The notes: generated by a model not told the origin, from the sequence alone. DNA of 64,000 nt from Eledone cirrhosa (GCA_964016885.1 OZ024755.1:10664001-10728000), one strand, 5' to 3'. Shown: positions 12,431 through 26,474, counted from the stretch's first letter. A program made the numbers and translations.

Positions 12431-13720
12431 ATATTGTGTTGTTTATTATATAATTAAACAGCTATGCACAATACATAGAGCAATCTTCTTTCCTTTACCT
12501 TTTCTACGGAAATACTTAACAAGGATCCTCTTCATTGTTTCAGTTTATAAGCGCGGTGGGTTGACGAAGCGCCGAACAGCATAGTTTGCCGTATTTGTTT
12601 ACGGCCCTTTCCGATCTAACTTCAAATCCAACTAAGCTTAACTTTACCTTTCACTATTACGGGGTTGATAAAGTACCAGTAACGCATTGGTGTCGATGTG
12701 ATCTACTTTCCAACTCTCTTCAACCGTTGGCTTTACGTCATAACAGAAACAATTATTTCAGTCTAAAGTCCTAAACGCTTTTATATTAAATCTGTATATT
12801 TATATACACTTTCAAGTGGCATCGGTTAATCAGGTACTGTACATACACAGATATGTGTTTATCATAAATAGACTATTCAGAGAATTCAAGAGAAAGCAGG
12901 ATACACATTTCTGACGTGTAAATGCTTATCTTTATATATTTATATATAGAACAGATTTCAGATTTGCATTGCAGAGCAGATATATCTTTTCAACAAGCTA
13001 AACATATTACGTCATTGCATATAATTTACGTCTGGGCTATCACGGTCTCGGCAATTTTGTCTTATCGTTTGGTAATGAGAGATTTTAGGTAACCTGTTTT
13101 GCAATTATAGCATTGTTTTCTGTATTATAGCAACGGAAATATCGTGTGATAACTATATACTTTTTTTCCTTTTGGTTCAATACAGTTCTTTCTTGGTCAG
13201 TTAATGTTACATTGCATTAATGTTAGATGATTGTGTTATCGATGTTGTTTCTCTATTGCTAAGATTTCTTCAAGCTGAATCATTTGAGTGGTGAAAATTC
13301 TAACATTTTGCCCATGTATGATCACAGAATCTTAAGATACTGTTCACATTTTATACCTGCATGAAGACATTTGAGGATGATTTGAGTGTGTTCGGTATAT
13401 CAAATCAGCGTAGAGTCGTCGTTGATTACTTGCGCTCCGTCGATGACTTCCAGCTATACTTTTCTGCAAATATTTTAAGTAATGGTATTTTCACCCATTA
13501 TATAACAATGAATGCGACAATGAATGAAAGTGAGGTCTATTTAAAACAAAAAGCAAAAACAATACTGGTGACCACAAACTCGAACTAAGTGAATGATACG
13601 AATGTTGTGTAAGAAAGGATCACTGCAATTTATGAATCATGTTAAGTATAAAATTTACTAAACTGTGCTAAGCCATGGCTTATAGTGTGGGTGTATAGTC
13701 GTATGAATGCATAACTTGTA

Positions 13721-13756
<36 letters not shown>

Positions 13757-15199
13757 AACATTTCTACAAGGTAACCATCAAATAAATCTAGCTACTCTCC
13801 AAAAATGAAATAGACCCTCTCTTTAGTAGCATGGCTTTTTCAACCATAGTACAACCAAAAGAAGGGTTCTTGAACATTCTTTCACAATATTTTGTTGGAA
13901 TGCTGTTAGAATATAAACGTTTTAAAACAAGGTGTCATGTCAAGAGTTGAAACGTTCTCTCTCTCGTTCTCTCTCTCACGTTCTCTCTCTCTCTCTTATA
14001 TATATATATATGGGGGGGTCTATTCTGATGGGAATTGACTTATATCTGAAAGATTAGTGAAGCTAAGTCAAAAATCTTAGTAAGAATTTTACTTTGTATA
14101 ATACACATATGTACACATTTCAGGAGAAACCACACAGTCTTTGTTCTTTTCGCGTTTGGTATGTTTGTGTAGATAGAAAGTATTATTCAAATGTATGTTT
14201 AAAAGCATCATAAGTCTAAAAATGTTTCATTCAAAACTGTTTTTATTTCGTCAAACCCACATTGCTACACAGCACTTTGTTTTCTTTCTTGCAATAAATT
14301 AATCCAAATCACAATATATCATGAATTATGAGGTAAACGTGCATAATATTGTTCTGTTAGTCTTACTTCTCCCATCTCTAAATTTCACCCGTCTATTTAG
14401 AATTTACATTGTACTGGCTTTCACAAAATAATCATAATTATATATCACATAATGCTTTATATAAATATACTATATTGTTCATAATGTTTGTTTTTTCAAG
14501 CCATGACAACTGTTTTCTTTTGCCTTTCGCACAGTGTGTGTGTGTACACGTGTCTATAAAATAGTTCTGTTAAAATAGAAAAAGGAGACTGTATATAATC
14601 TGACTTCGTTGTATTGTTGAACTTAATAGTTAATATTCATAAGTGAGCTCAAATATGTTAATGCGTTGGGGAAATGTTATGCATTTCCAATGAGTCTTTT
14701 ATAAGAATATCAATATCGTGTAGTTATGTGCTCTGTAAATAGTTTTAAGCATTGCATGAGATGCACAATTGTAGGTTTCTAGTATCTAGATAATTCTTTT
14801 TACATTCAGCTTTACCAATTGTTATTCATAAACTCTATCATTGCTTTCGTAGTTATTGGTCGAAGTAAATGGAATTATTTCGGATGATGCGTATGAACAA
14901 ATATGTTCCATCTATGACCATTACCCATTACGTTTCAAATACTGTACATCGAGAACATCATGATTCAATGTGTATTTTGTTGGTTTTGTTTAAGTGCGTT
15001 TAGACATAGATATGGCTGCTATTTTCAGCACGTCAATCGTCCATTTAGAGGCTCTTGTTCATGCAATACTCAAGGGTATAGTTTTGAAGTATAGGATCTA
15101 CTGAGTATTTTGTATTAATAAACGGAATGAGACATCTTATAGTCATGGTTGGCCCTATCCCATGCACCGGCGACTAACTAAATGCAGGTTTGCTTAAGA

Positions 15200-15432
15200 A
15201 ACTTATAAGCAGTGGAAGACTAGCTATCGCCCTTGCATGTCGCTCTACACTCTACTAATGTTATCCAATGGAAATGTAAAATCCGATTAAACTTAACACC
15301 GTAATTGTTTCTAGATGATTGTATTGGGACAACGTGATAGAAAGTTATGCTCCAGAACACAACGCGCCACCCGTTCAGATATCGAACCCACCACTTTTTA
15401 ATCGTGAGCCCAGTATACTAAACATCAAGCCA
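15200..15432 (-). mobile_element. Older SINE-like repeat (family C)
   Basis: The reverse complement shares gca..ggg.ga..gct.gtcttcc and ggtg..aag.t..atcgg with 56830-57110. Confidence 0.55.
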
Positions 15433-16071
15433 TGCAATGTTTTCGTATTCATATATCTATAGATGAGTCATTGATTTTAACTGATCGCCACGATAACCTT
15501 ACTAAGATATATCTTCACATTATATACACATTCAGTGTTATTGGTAGTTACGATTTACGCTTCTTTGTGTCTACTTCTTGCTGTTATGTATCAGCTTCGT
15601 TCAAGACTTTTCACATCACCAAATCAGTGTTAGAAGAAATAAGATGACACAACTCATTAAGAAATTGTATATCAATTGCATATTCATCATGCCTAGATCT
15701 AGTGTACATCTCTCTCACTCTCCTCCTCTTATTTTATTTATTTCTCTCTCTCTCCTTCAGCCTATATATATATTATACACACGCGCGCGCGCACACGCAC
15801 TTTAAATGACAGGTCAATATAAAATTAGTGTGTGTTCATTTGCTTGAAACTTTTACTAGATCTAATTAGTCCTAAATATGAACAAAGACGACAGTCAATT
15901 GATTTGGTTAAATACCGAACTAAACGTAAAATGACGAGGTTACTGACCTATTATCAACGCTGCATTTTCCCCGTGGCGAAGACTTTTAATACTCCACAGC
16001 ATTGAGATGGGTTATTAACATGGTTGCTTTAATTCATTACAGTAGGCTAAAATATCGGCATGAGATTAAAT

Positions 16072-16258
16072 AATTGATTCTACTTTAGGCACAAGGCCAG
16101 CAATTACCCAGTGCGTTACTGGTACTCTATTTTATCGACCCCCGTAAGGATGAAAGGCAAAGTCAACCTCGGCGGGATTTGAACTCAGATCGTAAAGGGA
16201 CGTAACTATGCTGGAAAGTATGGCGTCCGACACTACCGATACTGCCAATCCACCGCCC
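16072..16258 (-). mobile_element. SINE family A, full length, TSD TGAGATTAAATAAT
   Basis: Full family sequence. TSD at 16061-16074 and 16259-16272, and the right copy is additionally duplicated in tandem. Confidence 0.92.
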
Positions 16259-17751
16259 TGAGATTAAATAATGAGATTAAATAATGTTTGCGTATCGATT
16301 TAAAGTATTATTCCTTCCATATGAAAAGTTAAACTACATAAGTAGTGAATTAGGGTGGGGATAGTTGGGTTGTATACGGAGGACGTACATCATATGAGTC
16401 AACGGAAACTGTGCAGAAGGACTTCATGTATTTATATGTATATGTGTGTTTGTCAGTGTAGGCTTAGTGTTTGTTTGTGTCCAGTAATTGTTTGATTTAT
16501 CAATCGATGAAAAAGCGCCTGAATTGGAGAAAAAACAAGTTGGAGGTCTATGTGGTTGACTAAATCTCTTCAGGGTGGGGGTCACAGAATGACCGCAGTC
16601 TGATAACTGAAACCAGTAAAAGAATAAAAGGATAAATAATTCAGTTAATTTATTTGAACCTTCATACTTGAAAACATCAATCATTGAATCGCTTCTTTGA
16701 TATCATTAGCCTACTTCTAGCGAACGTGGTCTCACCTATTTTCATTGTTGACAGATCTACAGGAAAACTGAAACTAGTAGAATGTGTAGCCAATGAATTA
16801 CATTCGAAATACACACAGTGGACTTTAGTTCCTTACCTATGAGATTTCATGCGAATACCTTATTCACATGAGACGGGCCAAGTCGACATAATGTGTTTAT
16901 TCAATATAACTTATCTTGGTATAATGTAATCGACATAGTTGTACATATTTTTTTGTATTTATCAAACACGTAACTTCTTTTCTCCAATGAACAAGAACGA
17001 CATAAATTCTTATTATTGTATGTGGATATAGCTAAACTGGTAAGTTTCGTTTCTGCAATCGATACGTTAATTTGTAATCAATCCAAGGATTATATTTGAA
17101 ATCACCTACATATCAAATCGATATCTACAGTTTTTTGCCGTTGGTCAATCGAATCGTACAGAAAAAAGCCACCTTGGATCATGACTGGCCATGAGTTTTA
17201 TTTTCCGTGGTACAAGCTTGAGCAAGAATGTTTTGTGAAGACTATCAGTCACCCATACATGCCAATAACCACTATCCACGTCCCCCATGTCTCCAAGACC
17301 AACGCCACCACAACCAATTTCTTTTTCTAGCTGAAGAGACTGGTAAAACGAAAAATAAAATTTCTAGATCAAAAACACAATGTCCGACACCACCCCACCT
17401 CATCCGCCCGCCAAGAAATCGAAGTTGTGGTCTTTCTAATAAACCCTAACCACTGAACCACACTTTTCACATAGATCAGACCACTTAGAACTCACAAAGA
17501 CGTGGCATATATCCACGCTCCTATCGTTGACATGGGAAAGATTATTTTATAGATTCGTTTATATTTACTGGATTTATAGAAAGAGTAAATCTTTTATTTT
17601 GATATGATTTACGGCGATGTAGATAATGTATTGATATATCTTGAGAACCATAATATATCTGATAGTTTTACTACTGGCAATATATACTCTACAATAATCC
17701 TCTGGCGGATGCGTCTAAATTATCCTTCAAACTATATTTTATCTGTAAATA

Positions 17752-17925
17752 GGTGTGTGGCTTAGTGGTTAGTGTTGTACTCAGGATCGTTCTGAGTTCA
17801 AATCCCACCGTGGTTAACTTTGCATTTCATACATACTGGGTCGATAAATAAAGTACCAGTAACGTACTGGAGTGAATTCAATCGTCTTTCCCCTCCCCTG
17901 AAATTGTTGGCCTTGTGCCTAAATC
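17752..17925 (+). mobile_element. Older SINE related to family A
   Basis: tRNA-like A/B boxes (tggcttagtgg, gagttcaaatccc) and the core gggtcgataaataaagtaccagt. Confidence 0.7.
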
Positions 17926-18145
17926 AGCACCCATTATACGGGGGGATTGGCTGTATCGACATATATCTGCTGATTAGCAAAATCATTGGAGCGTCAGACA
18001 AAGCACGCTTTAGTATATATCACAGCTAAAGCTCTTTACTTCCTGCGTTGAAATCCAACCGAAGCAAGTAATCGATTTGAGTTGATCGACTAACCCCTCT
18101 TTCCAAAGAGCTGACTTTGTTGTCTGAATTAAAAACACTTTATAA

Positions 18146-18200
18146 CTCCGGGGAAACGCCTTCTCCATTCTGTCCGCCGGAGCTGTGGGGAGGCTAGCAC
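18146..18200 (+). mobile_element. Short 3' fragment of the CRE-like retrotransposon at 62450-62760
   Basis: ctccggggaaacgccttctccattctgtccgccgg.gctgtggg is nearly identical to 62708-62751 (LRGNAFSILSAG). The right boundary is uncertain. Confidence 0.7.
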
Positions 18201-18679
18201 ATGAGACTCCATTTGCTCACCATACAGAGAGATGGGGAGGGCGAAAAAGATGGAGTCGATTACAGTGGGAGTTCGGCTCTTCCATGTTACTTGTGGTTGT
18301 GCTCATTATCTATAGAGTTCCTTCTATTATTCAGCTGCTTTAATATGACTGAATTTTCGATTTAACTCCTGGTTCTCACAACTATACGCACACACAACTT
18401 ATAAATGGGGATTACCATTAATATACACAGGTACACACAGATACCCACGCGCATTCACATACCCGCATACCAACAGACGCATACAATCACACAGGAAACT
18501 AGAATCACACAGACAGACACAGAGAGAGAGACTCTCTCCAAAACAAAATGATACACCCATAGGTACACATACACAATTACAAATACACCCACTTCTTAAT
18601 AGCCACATACAGAGATATATCCTGTCATTTGGGTGGTAAGAGATTCAAAAGCAATATTGTCACAGTTCATTATTATAAG

Positions 18680-18841
18680 GGGGTCGGACGCCATGCTTTG
18701 ACGCATTGAGTTACGGCCCTTGCCATTCTGAGTTCAAATCCCGCCGAGGTTAACTTTGCCTTTCATCCTTACGGGGTCGATAAAATAAGTACCAGTAATG
18801 TACTGATTATTGCTGGCCTTGTGCCAAAAGTAGAAACAATT
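18680..18841 (+). mobile_element. SINE family A, 5'-truncated, TSD ATTATTATAA
   Basis: Family sequence; attattataa at 18669-18678 and 18839-18848. Confidence 0.9.
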
Positions 18842-20970
18842 ATTATAATCTCAATTATACTACACACAGTAGCGAGATTAGTGAGTTGGTTTATGCCTGT
18901 TATTTGGCGATGTTTTCTGTTTTCGTTGTTATCGCCGTGGTTGTCAATGGTTGTTGGTTTTGTAGTTGTTGCTGTAGTTGTTGTCTTCGTTGTGGTATTT
19001 ATTCTGCTTCATCTTTATTCCATATAAATTATTTCTTTTGTTAGTGAAGCTTTAAGAGTTATGAAGTAAATTATAGAATCGCAACACGGTAGGCAATGAA
19101 TGACAGGGCGTAGAAGAAAGCAAGTAATGAAGCTCCGTCTAAAAACACACAATCATAATGTTTCATAATTCTTTCTTCTCATGAGGATTTTCTTTATATC
19201 ATTAATTCTTCTCCACTTTATAATTCTAAATCATTTTTTATCTTTTTATCTTGAATCGACCGTAGTCTCTAATTGGATTTGTTACTACTACCACTACCAG
19301 CACCACTATTACTACTACCAGCACCACCACTTCTACAACTACTACTACTACCGCCACTACTACTACCACTACTATTATATTTAGTGGTAAGTTTTCTTTT
19401 AGCACAGCTAACTATAACAGCACTGTGTATCTGCATGTTCTGTTATTTGGCAATCGTCATTTGGATATCTACGTGTGACATTACGAAAACCTTAGGTATG
19501 CTTATGGGAAGAAACGAAAATTGAAATTTACAGCGCACCTATATGAAAGCAACGTGGAAGTATGAAACATTTTACTCAAGAAACCAACCCGCCGCCTGGG
19601 TTAATCATCAAACCAATGACCTCGTGATCGTGTAGCCAATTCTCTATCCACTAGTCAATACACCTTCACCGAATGAGAAGAAAATTGTATGTTGGATAGA
19701 AAATAGACAGAGAAATAATTTGTGAAAATGATGTTTCGTAATAAATTGAAAAGAGAAAATAAGTTTCTTTTTCATACACCAGCAGATTCGCTGACATTTT
19801 CCGACTGAATCACTTAACGGAAATTTTCTTCGAACTAAGAAATTTCCATTAATTAAACTTGTATGTAGCATTCAGTACACCTCTTTGTAACTTGTTTACT
19901 CGAATCCACGTCATTGACATCTTTGAAGTATTTTACTTAGCTCCACTTATTTTGTAATTATGCAAATTATGCTGGCAAAATATTATTAGTACATATTATC
20001 TTTTTGCAGATAAGATGTAAGGTAATCTTTGTATTTTGACGTCACTTTCTGAGTGGGTCTTTTATTCGAGTGGGTCTTTTATTATATAAGCTGTTCACGT
20101 GAGTCTAATACATGCAATATTTCATTCTTACAACATTCACAAGATATAAAACTTCTCAGGAGTTCTCTATGATAAATGCAAAATTTGTCGAAGCTGTATT
20201 CACTGAAAACATTGAAACTGTGGAACATATAAATATGTCAATATTCAATAATAGACCCCCAATTTTAAGGTTGCAGGTTCTATTATAGAGCAACCTAGCG
20301 TGGTGTATTCTTGAGCAAGATCCTTCATTTTTGCTTGCTTTTTCAAGTTACTATTAGGGCACCTATCATTTAAACACTCGAGAAACATTCTGTGAGATGC
20401 TGCGTCAGTGAAACTTTCACAGGTGTTAGCTGTAAATTTCGTTGTTTATTCTTTTTGAAAAGGACTCTATAATTTCTGAATTCTATCTGCAATTTCCTCA
20501 AGATTTGTATTCACGTTCAACTTATAATCGACAAAACTAAATAATGCAATGTCAATATTTTAAATGTCATGTCGTTCCGTAGCATCATTCTAGAAAACCA
20601 AACAATGCTAGGACTCGCATATCCAACAAGCAAAGGACCATAAACGATTCTCTTCAATAAAATTAACTGGGGGATATACATTAGAGCTGAACATTATTAC
20701 AATGAAAGAACATCACAAGCTTTTGTGGGCTGCATCATGCTGTTACTGTTGGCCACCTCCACTATGAATCAATCAAACAGTGACCATAAAAATAGGAAAC
20801 CAACCAACAGATTCCAACCCCCACTAAGAGGCTAAATACTGAATCAGGAGCAGGAAACTACCGCGTATATATTGGCTAACCAATTCTTTGCAGAAAGAAA
20901 ACGAAGCAAAATGTAACACAGTCGCAATTCAAGAGAACGGGGAAAAAACAACTACTTCAAGCTACTCCAG

Positions 20971-21008
<38 letters not shown>

Positions 21009-21291
21009 TGTGTGTGTATCTTAGGTATGCTTATGAGGAGAAAGGAAAATCGCTTGGCTTACGAGGCTGCATTTCAACATGAAAGAAACATTGAAGAATG
21101 GCCAGTGTGTGTTTATGATTTTGAAATCTCGACGCTGGTGAAAAAGAAAACGATATTGCGTTAAAATAATAATTTCAACTGTAAATGAATCTTAGATCGG
21201 TGAAGTGTGTCCAAAACAGATAAATACTGAGGCTGTTATAATGCAAAGCTATGACTGCAAAGCAATAAAAGTATAGAAGACTGTAAAAGTG

Positions 21292-21326
<35 letters not shown>

Positions 21327-22852
21327 AACGATCTTTTATCTGTTTATGAAGCAAAATTCATCCACTAACTCACTCATATGCTGAAAAAGAGATATCTTGT
21401 TGTTTATCTGTGTGGCCACAATTCATTTCTATGGATAATTTTGCCTTATTATCTTAAAACTATACACGCACACACGCATACGCACATACACACACACACA
21501 GATAGACAAACCGGACCAAAGATCAGTAAAATACACGGCAAAAAGGAAAAACATATACGTGATCATGAACACTCTGGCTCACATATATAACTAAGTACAT
21601 GAACAAACGTACTTAAAGTCCTACACTTATATGTACCAATGTGTGAGATAGACACCAATATACACGTGTATTTGTGATATATATATATATACATTCTGAG
21701 ATGCGTACGTAAGCAATTATTTATTTCAAAATGACATTTTTATGAGAGTTCTGCCTTTGTTGAAGATAAAAATCGTAGTATTCTCAAAGGAAGCAAACAA
21801 AATAAGCTAATCTTACACTTGTATCAAGTTATACAAACCTAGGTTTATTCACTTCGGGCTTATAAAACAATACATGAGCTTGTGAAAAGAGGTTGCATCA
21901 CAATGTGTGCGTATATATTACATATGGAATGAGATGCTGTTTGAATTTCCTTTTGTACAAACACGAAGAGTTTCCTATCTCGTTAACCCTTTTTTGTTTT
22001 CCTCCTCATATTGCCTGCATGCAAAATAATCCGCAAAACAATAGCAATGTTTGGCGTATAATAGATGATTCAATATGTGGTGGTTGTGATGGTAAGAATG
22101 TGTAGCAGGTATACTAGGTTTATCGTTGTCATCTACTGTTACATATCATCGTATGTTACACAATCTCAGAAGCTTTTCTGACTTTGTGCTTATAAACTTT
22201 TTGCTCACCTTCACTGCACTTTTTCTTTACCGAAATGATTGGTTACATACTAAAAGAAGACTTGCATTCATATAGTCGGTAGATCCTAATATGACTCTCT
22301 TGAAGACGTGGCTGAGGACACAGTCCCCATGACTCTACCAGGTATAATTGGGTGAAGATATTAAGACTCTTATAATAAAGTTAATAAATCGAGATGATAT
22401 AATTAATAGTAATATTGTTAAACCATGGATTCTGCATTATAATGAGCAACGATAATGCTGTCGATATTATACAATTTGACTTTCAATTTATTATGGTGGA
22501 CTTGTGACTTCTCCGAATTGAGAGATCAGAGCTCCCATACTATCAGCATGGAGCGAGAATGTCTAAGGAAAGAATCGCTGGACAGATTTTACGAGCAAAA
22601 CCAACCGGAGGGAGACCCAGTGGTAGACCTTGCACAAGATAATTTGTGTTGCTATTTTTAGCAGGTTGAGACGATATACACATAATAGTTGGATATATGT
22701 AGAAATAGTTTGTTTATAATAGTATCCTATTTCACCCAGGTAGTGTTTTATGCTGTTTGGTAAAACGCAATGTTTTAGAATATCTTATTCAATAAACAGT
22801 TCAGGCGAAGGCTTCTATTTTTTTTTAAATTTCAATTTTCGAACTTCGCTCA

Positions 22853-22884
<32 letters not shown>

Positions 22885-22887
<3 letters not shown>

Positions 22888-22952
22888 TCCAGTCCTACAA
22901 ACTGTAGAGTGCTACTTATTCGATATTTGCATTGTGCTACAATAAAACTCGC

Positions 22953-22961
<9 letters not shown>
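22885..22961 (+). mobile_element. Tail-only insertion in (TA)n starting at a TACTC...GAGTG hairpin
   Basis: 77 nt of unique sequence between two (TA)n tracts, starting tactccagtcctacaaactgtagagtgc, like the tails at 25580 and 10505. Confidence 0.55.
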
Positions 22962-23016
<55 letters not shown>

Positions 23017-23237
23017 AATTATGTGTGTGTGTGTGTTAGAACTCATGAAGAGGCGTCAGCAGAAAATTTCAATTTTTTTTTTTTACCCAATATTTTGTTA
23101 ATATGGATGGGGCATTTATAAATGACTTAATGTTTTCGAGCATATTCTTAAACCAAAATATTAATATACATGTATTATATTATCAGTGCACGAAATTATA
23201 CATATTTGTTAGGAATATGTAATTTACGAAGTCCTCG

Positions 23238-23700
23238 CTTGCACTCACAAATCTAACATTATAAACCTGGTTTGCCAGTGGTTTTCGGCGCTGTCAAAAC
23301 TAATATAAAAAAAAGTGCTGAAACAAAATTATTTTGCTTAGGGTTTTAAACACACCAATTATTTAGCAGTTGGTGAGGTTGTCAACAACGAATATAAAAT
23401 TACTGTTATTTGTTTTACTCATCGTGCATATCCATATACCCAAATATTTACATCTACCGATGTTCGTGCACATAGCATCTACTTGCAAAGGTAGCAAATA
23501 AACATATACTACGAACATATGTTATACAATCCGTTCTTGCACTCAAGCTAACATTAAAAACCTGATTTGACTGTTTTCACCACATTGCCAAAACTAATAT
23601 TTAAAATGTGCTGAAACAAAATTATTTTGTGCGGGATAAACTTCATCGCCACAAATACACCAGATATTTAGCAATTAGTGAGCTTTTCAACAATATATAT
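23238..23700. repeat. Old tandem duplication, period about 300 bp
   Basis: cttgcactca..ctaacatta.aaacctg.tttg, aaaactaatat, gtgctgaaacaaaattattttg and tatttagca.tt.gtgag recur from 23238 and from 23537. Confidence 0.8.
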
Positions 23701-25255
23701 AATAGATTTGTACATTTAACGTACATCAGAGTATGTTGTTCCTTTTTTCTTATATAATTACTTTCTGCTTACCACCTATACATGGACACTTATCAATTGA
23801 TGGAGCCCTACGTGATATGGGGTGTCTTGTGCATTATAATGAAGACAAAAGGAGTGGACGGACGTCAGGTTTGAAGGGCTTGAAAAGATTTGTAATGTTA
23901 CAGCAGGTAGTTTATTGGTTTGGGTGTTAAACTTAGTTTAATTCCTTCGAGTCGCGCATTGTGTTCTTTTACGAAATACTTTTTGGCGTAGCTCTTTCTG
24001 TTAGGAGCTGCGACCGGCTGATAGTGTCAGCAATAGAAAGACCAATAGAAAAAGAGATTGGTCCTATATCATGATCGACTTCTTTTTTTTCTGCGTTTTC
24101 CTTTTTTCCTTCAGCGTCTATGGTTTTATTTTAATGAAAATGATCAAAATTCAAAGACACACAATCAGTGAGACAGCGATAGGTAGAAAGAATCTTTGTT
24201 TGAAGGAAAGATAGTGCATATGTAGTTAAAACAATATAAAACGTTGGAGGGCTGTGAACTCTACGTAAAGATTTGAGATGCTTTAGATGGCTTCAGCATC
24301 AAATTAAATTTCTTGGTTTGGGTTTTAATAACGACACAATCTCCTAACTTAACGCATTTCTTATCTATATTTCATGTAACGATGGCTACACATTTCATCA
24401 GGTCGTTTACCTTCATCTGTGTAAACGGCTGACTCTCTATCTGGAGTCACCATCACCAACCAACACACTACGTCACTGTAAATACGCTGCCATCGCTGCT
24501 ATGACTCCTGCTTTTGTTGATGATGATGGTGATGCAGTAGATAAATTGTCAATAAATGGGGTGAAGAAAATTCGATAGAGATGTTAGGATCACGAAGAAG
24601 AAATGAGAGAAAATGTAAACAGAGGGGTGGATGAAGAGGGGTCGGGAAGGTGTGAAAAGAGAGGAGGGTGTGGATGGAATTGCAGAATTTAAATGCTACG
24701 TAAAAAGTAGAAATGAAGAGGATAATAAGGAGGGTGGATAGAAATATGTAAACTAAGGGGAGGAAAGAAAGCAATAGAGGATAATATATCAAGAGGAATT
24801 AGATAAGTGATAGAATATAAAACAAAGAAAGGATAGAAGAATTGGAATAAAGAAAGTGAGAGGAAGCAACTTACGATGAACGAATGAGAGGAGGGGGAAG
24901 GAGAACGTAACATGTGAATATTTGGAGGAGGAGACGACTTAGAATGCGAGAAGGAAAGCCAAGACATGGACGCTAAAAGATAAAGAGGTTTAGAGTAGAT
25001 TGGAGAAGAGACACAAGAGACTTGCTTAAGGAAATTAAATGATTGATAACAGTAAACAAGTGAAGGGTAATATATATAGACATTGAGAATGTGTGGGTGT
25101 GGGTGTGTGAGTGTGTGTGTGATTTATTTAATTTGTGCATATTTTTATATTTGTATTCCATACATCATACACACATATATGTACACATGCTTTAAATATA
25201 TATATATATATATACGATATTAAATAAATGGAAACTATATTTATAAAACCATATT

Positions 25256-25321
25256 TATTTCATTATATATATTTCAGGGATATCATATTAACAATATGCT
25301 ATGCCTTCCTCAGACAAAATA
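25256..25321 (-). ncRNA. Type I hammerhead ribozyme (inverted arm copy)
   Basis: Reverse complement of 25467-25532. Confidence 0.8.
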
Positions 25322-25466
25322 CAATATAAACAGTTTTATAAATAAATAGATTTGACATACCGTACAACATCGACTTGTATTTGAAAAGTTGAATTGGCAC
25401 TTTTCAAATACAAGTCGATGTTGTACGGTATGTCAAATCTATTTATCTATAAAACTGTTTATATTG

Positions 25467-25532
25467 TATTTTGTCTGAGGAAGGCATAGCATATTGTTAA
25501 TATGATATCCCTGAAATATATATAATGAAATA
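25467..25532 (+). ncRNA. Type I hammerhead ribozyme (minimal, self-complementary stem III region)
   Basis: UAUUUUGU-CUGAGGA-AGG..CAUAUU GUU AAUAUG..CCU-GAAA-UAUAUA-UA-AUGAAAUA. Stem I UAUUUUGU/AUGAAAUA; the core is intact. Confidence 0.82.
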
Positions 25533-25654
25533 AATATGGTTTTATAAATATAGTTTCCATTTATTTAATATCGTAAATATACTCCAAATACTTGTCGAGT
25601 GCTTTTATATCAGTTATAAATATTTACTAGTTGTAACCCAACAATTTAAATATA

Positions 25655-25685
<31 letters not shown>

Positions 25686-25711
25686 CCATATCCACACACC
25701 ACACATCTGTG

Positions 25712-25747
<36 letters not shown>

Positions 25748-26107
25748 CAAGGACGAATTGTTAAGCCTTCATTGCGTTTATTGATTGATTGACGCGGATT
25801 TCGCTATTGATCAGCTCAAGGTTCGATCTGGCCCGACTCTGGAATCAAAAGGTAGTCGGACCGCTGCATTGTTTCCACTCCAGCCACCATGTCAAATGAG
25901 TTCACTGAGTTCACTCACCGATAATGGTGACAGAACCCCTACACAACAGCCAAAATTAGAGGATTCTCATGTGTTGATGTGGGTTCTGATGACTCCATTC
26001 ACCACATGTCAGAACAACACACTACGTAGATGTCTCTGGTTTTTGCGACCCACGATCAAGATGGGCTTATCCAAAGTAACGTGGCAGATTTGCATGAAAT
26101 TAGAAGA

Positions 26108-26325
26108 CGATGATGATGTTGAAGGTGATGGTGTTGATGGTGATGATGATGATGATGAAGGTGATGGTGATGATGATGAAGGTGATGATGATGAAGGTGA
26201 TGGTGATGATGATGAAGGTGATGGTGATGATGATGAAGGTGATGATGATGATGATGAAGGTGATGATGATGATGATGATGATGAAGGTGATGATGATGAT
26301 GATGATGAAGGTGATGATGATGAGT
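26108..26325. repeat. (GAT)n array with GAAGGT interruptions
   Basis: Directly visible. Confidence 0.95.
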
Positions 26326-26474
26326 GATAATGATAGTGTTAATGGTGATTGATGATCATGGTGATGGCTTTGTTGATCATAATGGTGGTGGTTATGGTTA
26401 TGGTGCTGATGATGTTAACTGCAGTGCTAATTGGGGGGAATATGAATAAAATGTTAGTGCAAGATTGTGCTGAT

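Larger units (their letters stand above)
25213..25659 (+). mobile_element. Penelope-like inverted pseudo-LTR pair in (TA)n: 177-bp arms, 9-bp spacer, 84-nt tail
   Basis: 25213-25389 is the near-perfect reverse complement of 25399-25575. Each arm holds a hammerhead. The tail includes tactccaaatacttgtcgagtgc from 25580. (TA)n on both sides. Confidence 0.85.

Noticed and set aside
17324-17370. CUGAAGA...GAAA hammerhead-like motif
   Set aside because: Stems II and III cannot form; likely chance.
25983-26015. CTGATGA motifs here, at about 43619 and at about 54155
   Set aside because: No correctly placed GAAA or stem III.
25785-26327. 180-aa ORF with an acidic D/E/G tail
   Set aside because: The acidic part is a (GAT)n microsatellite. 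The upstream part has no recognisable domain and may be a repeat remnant.
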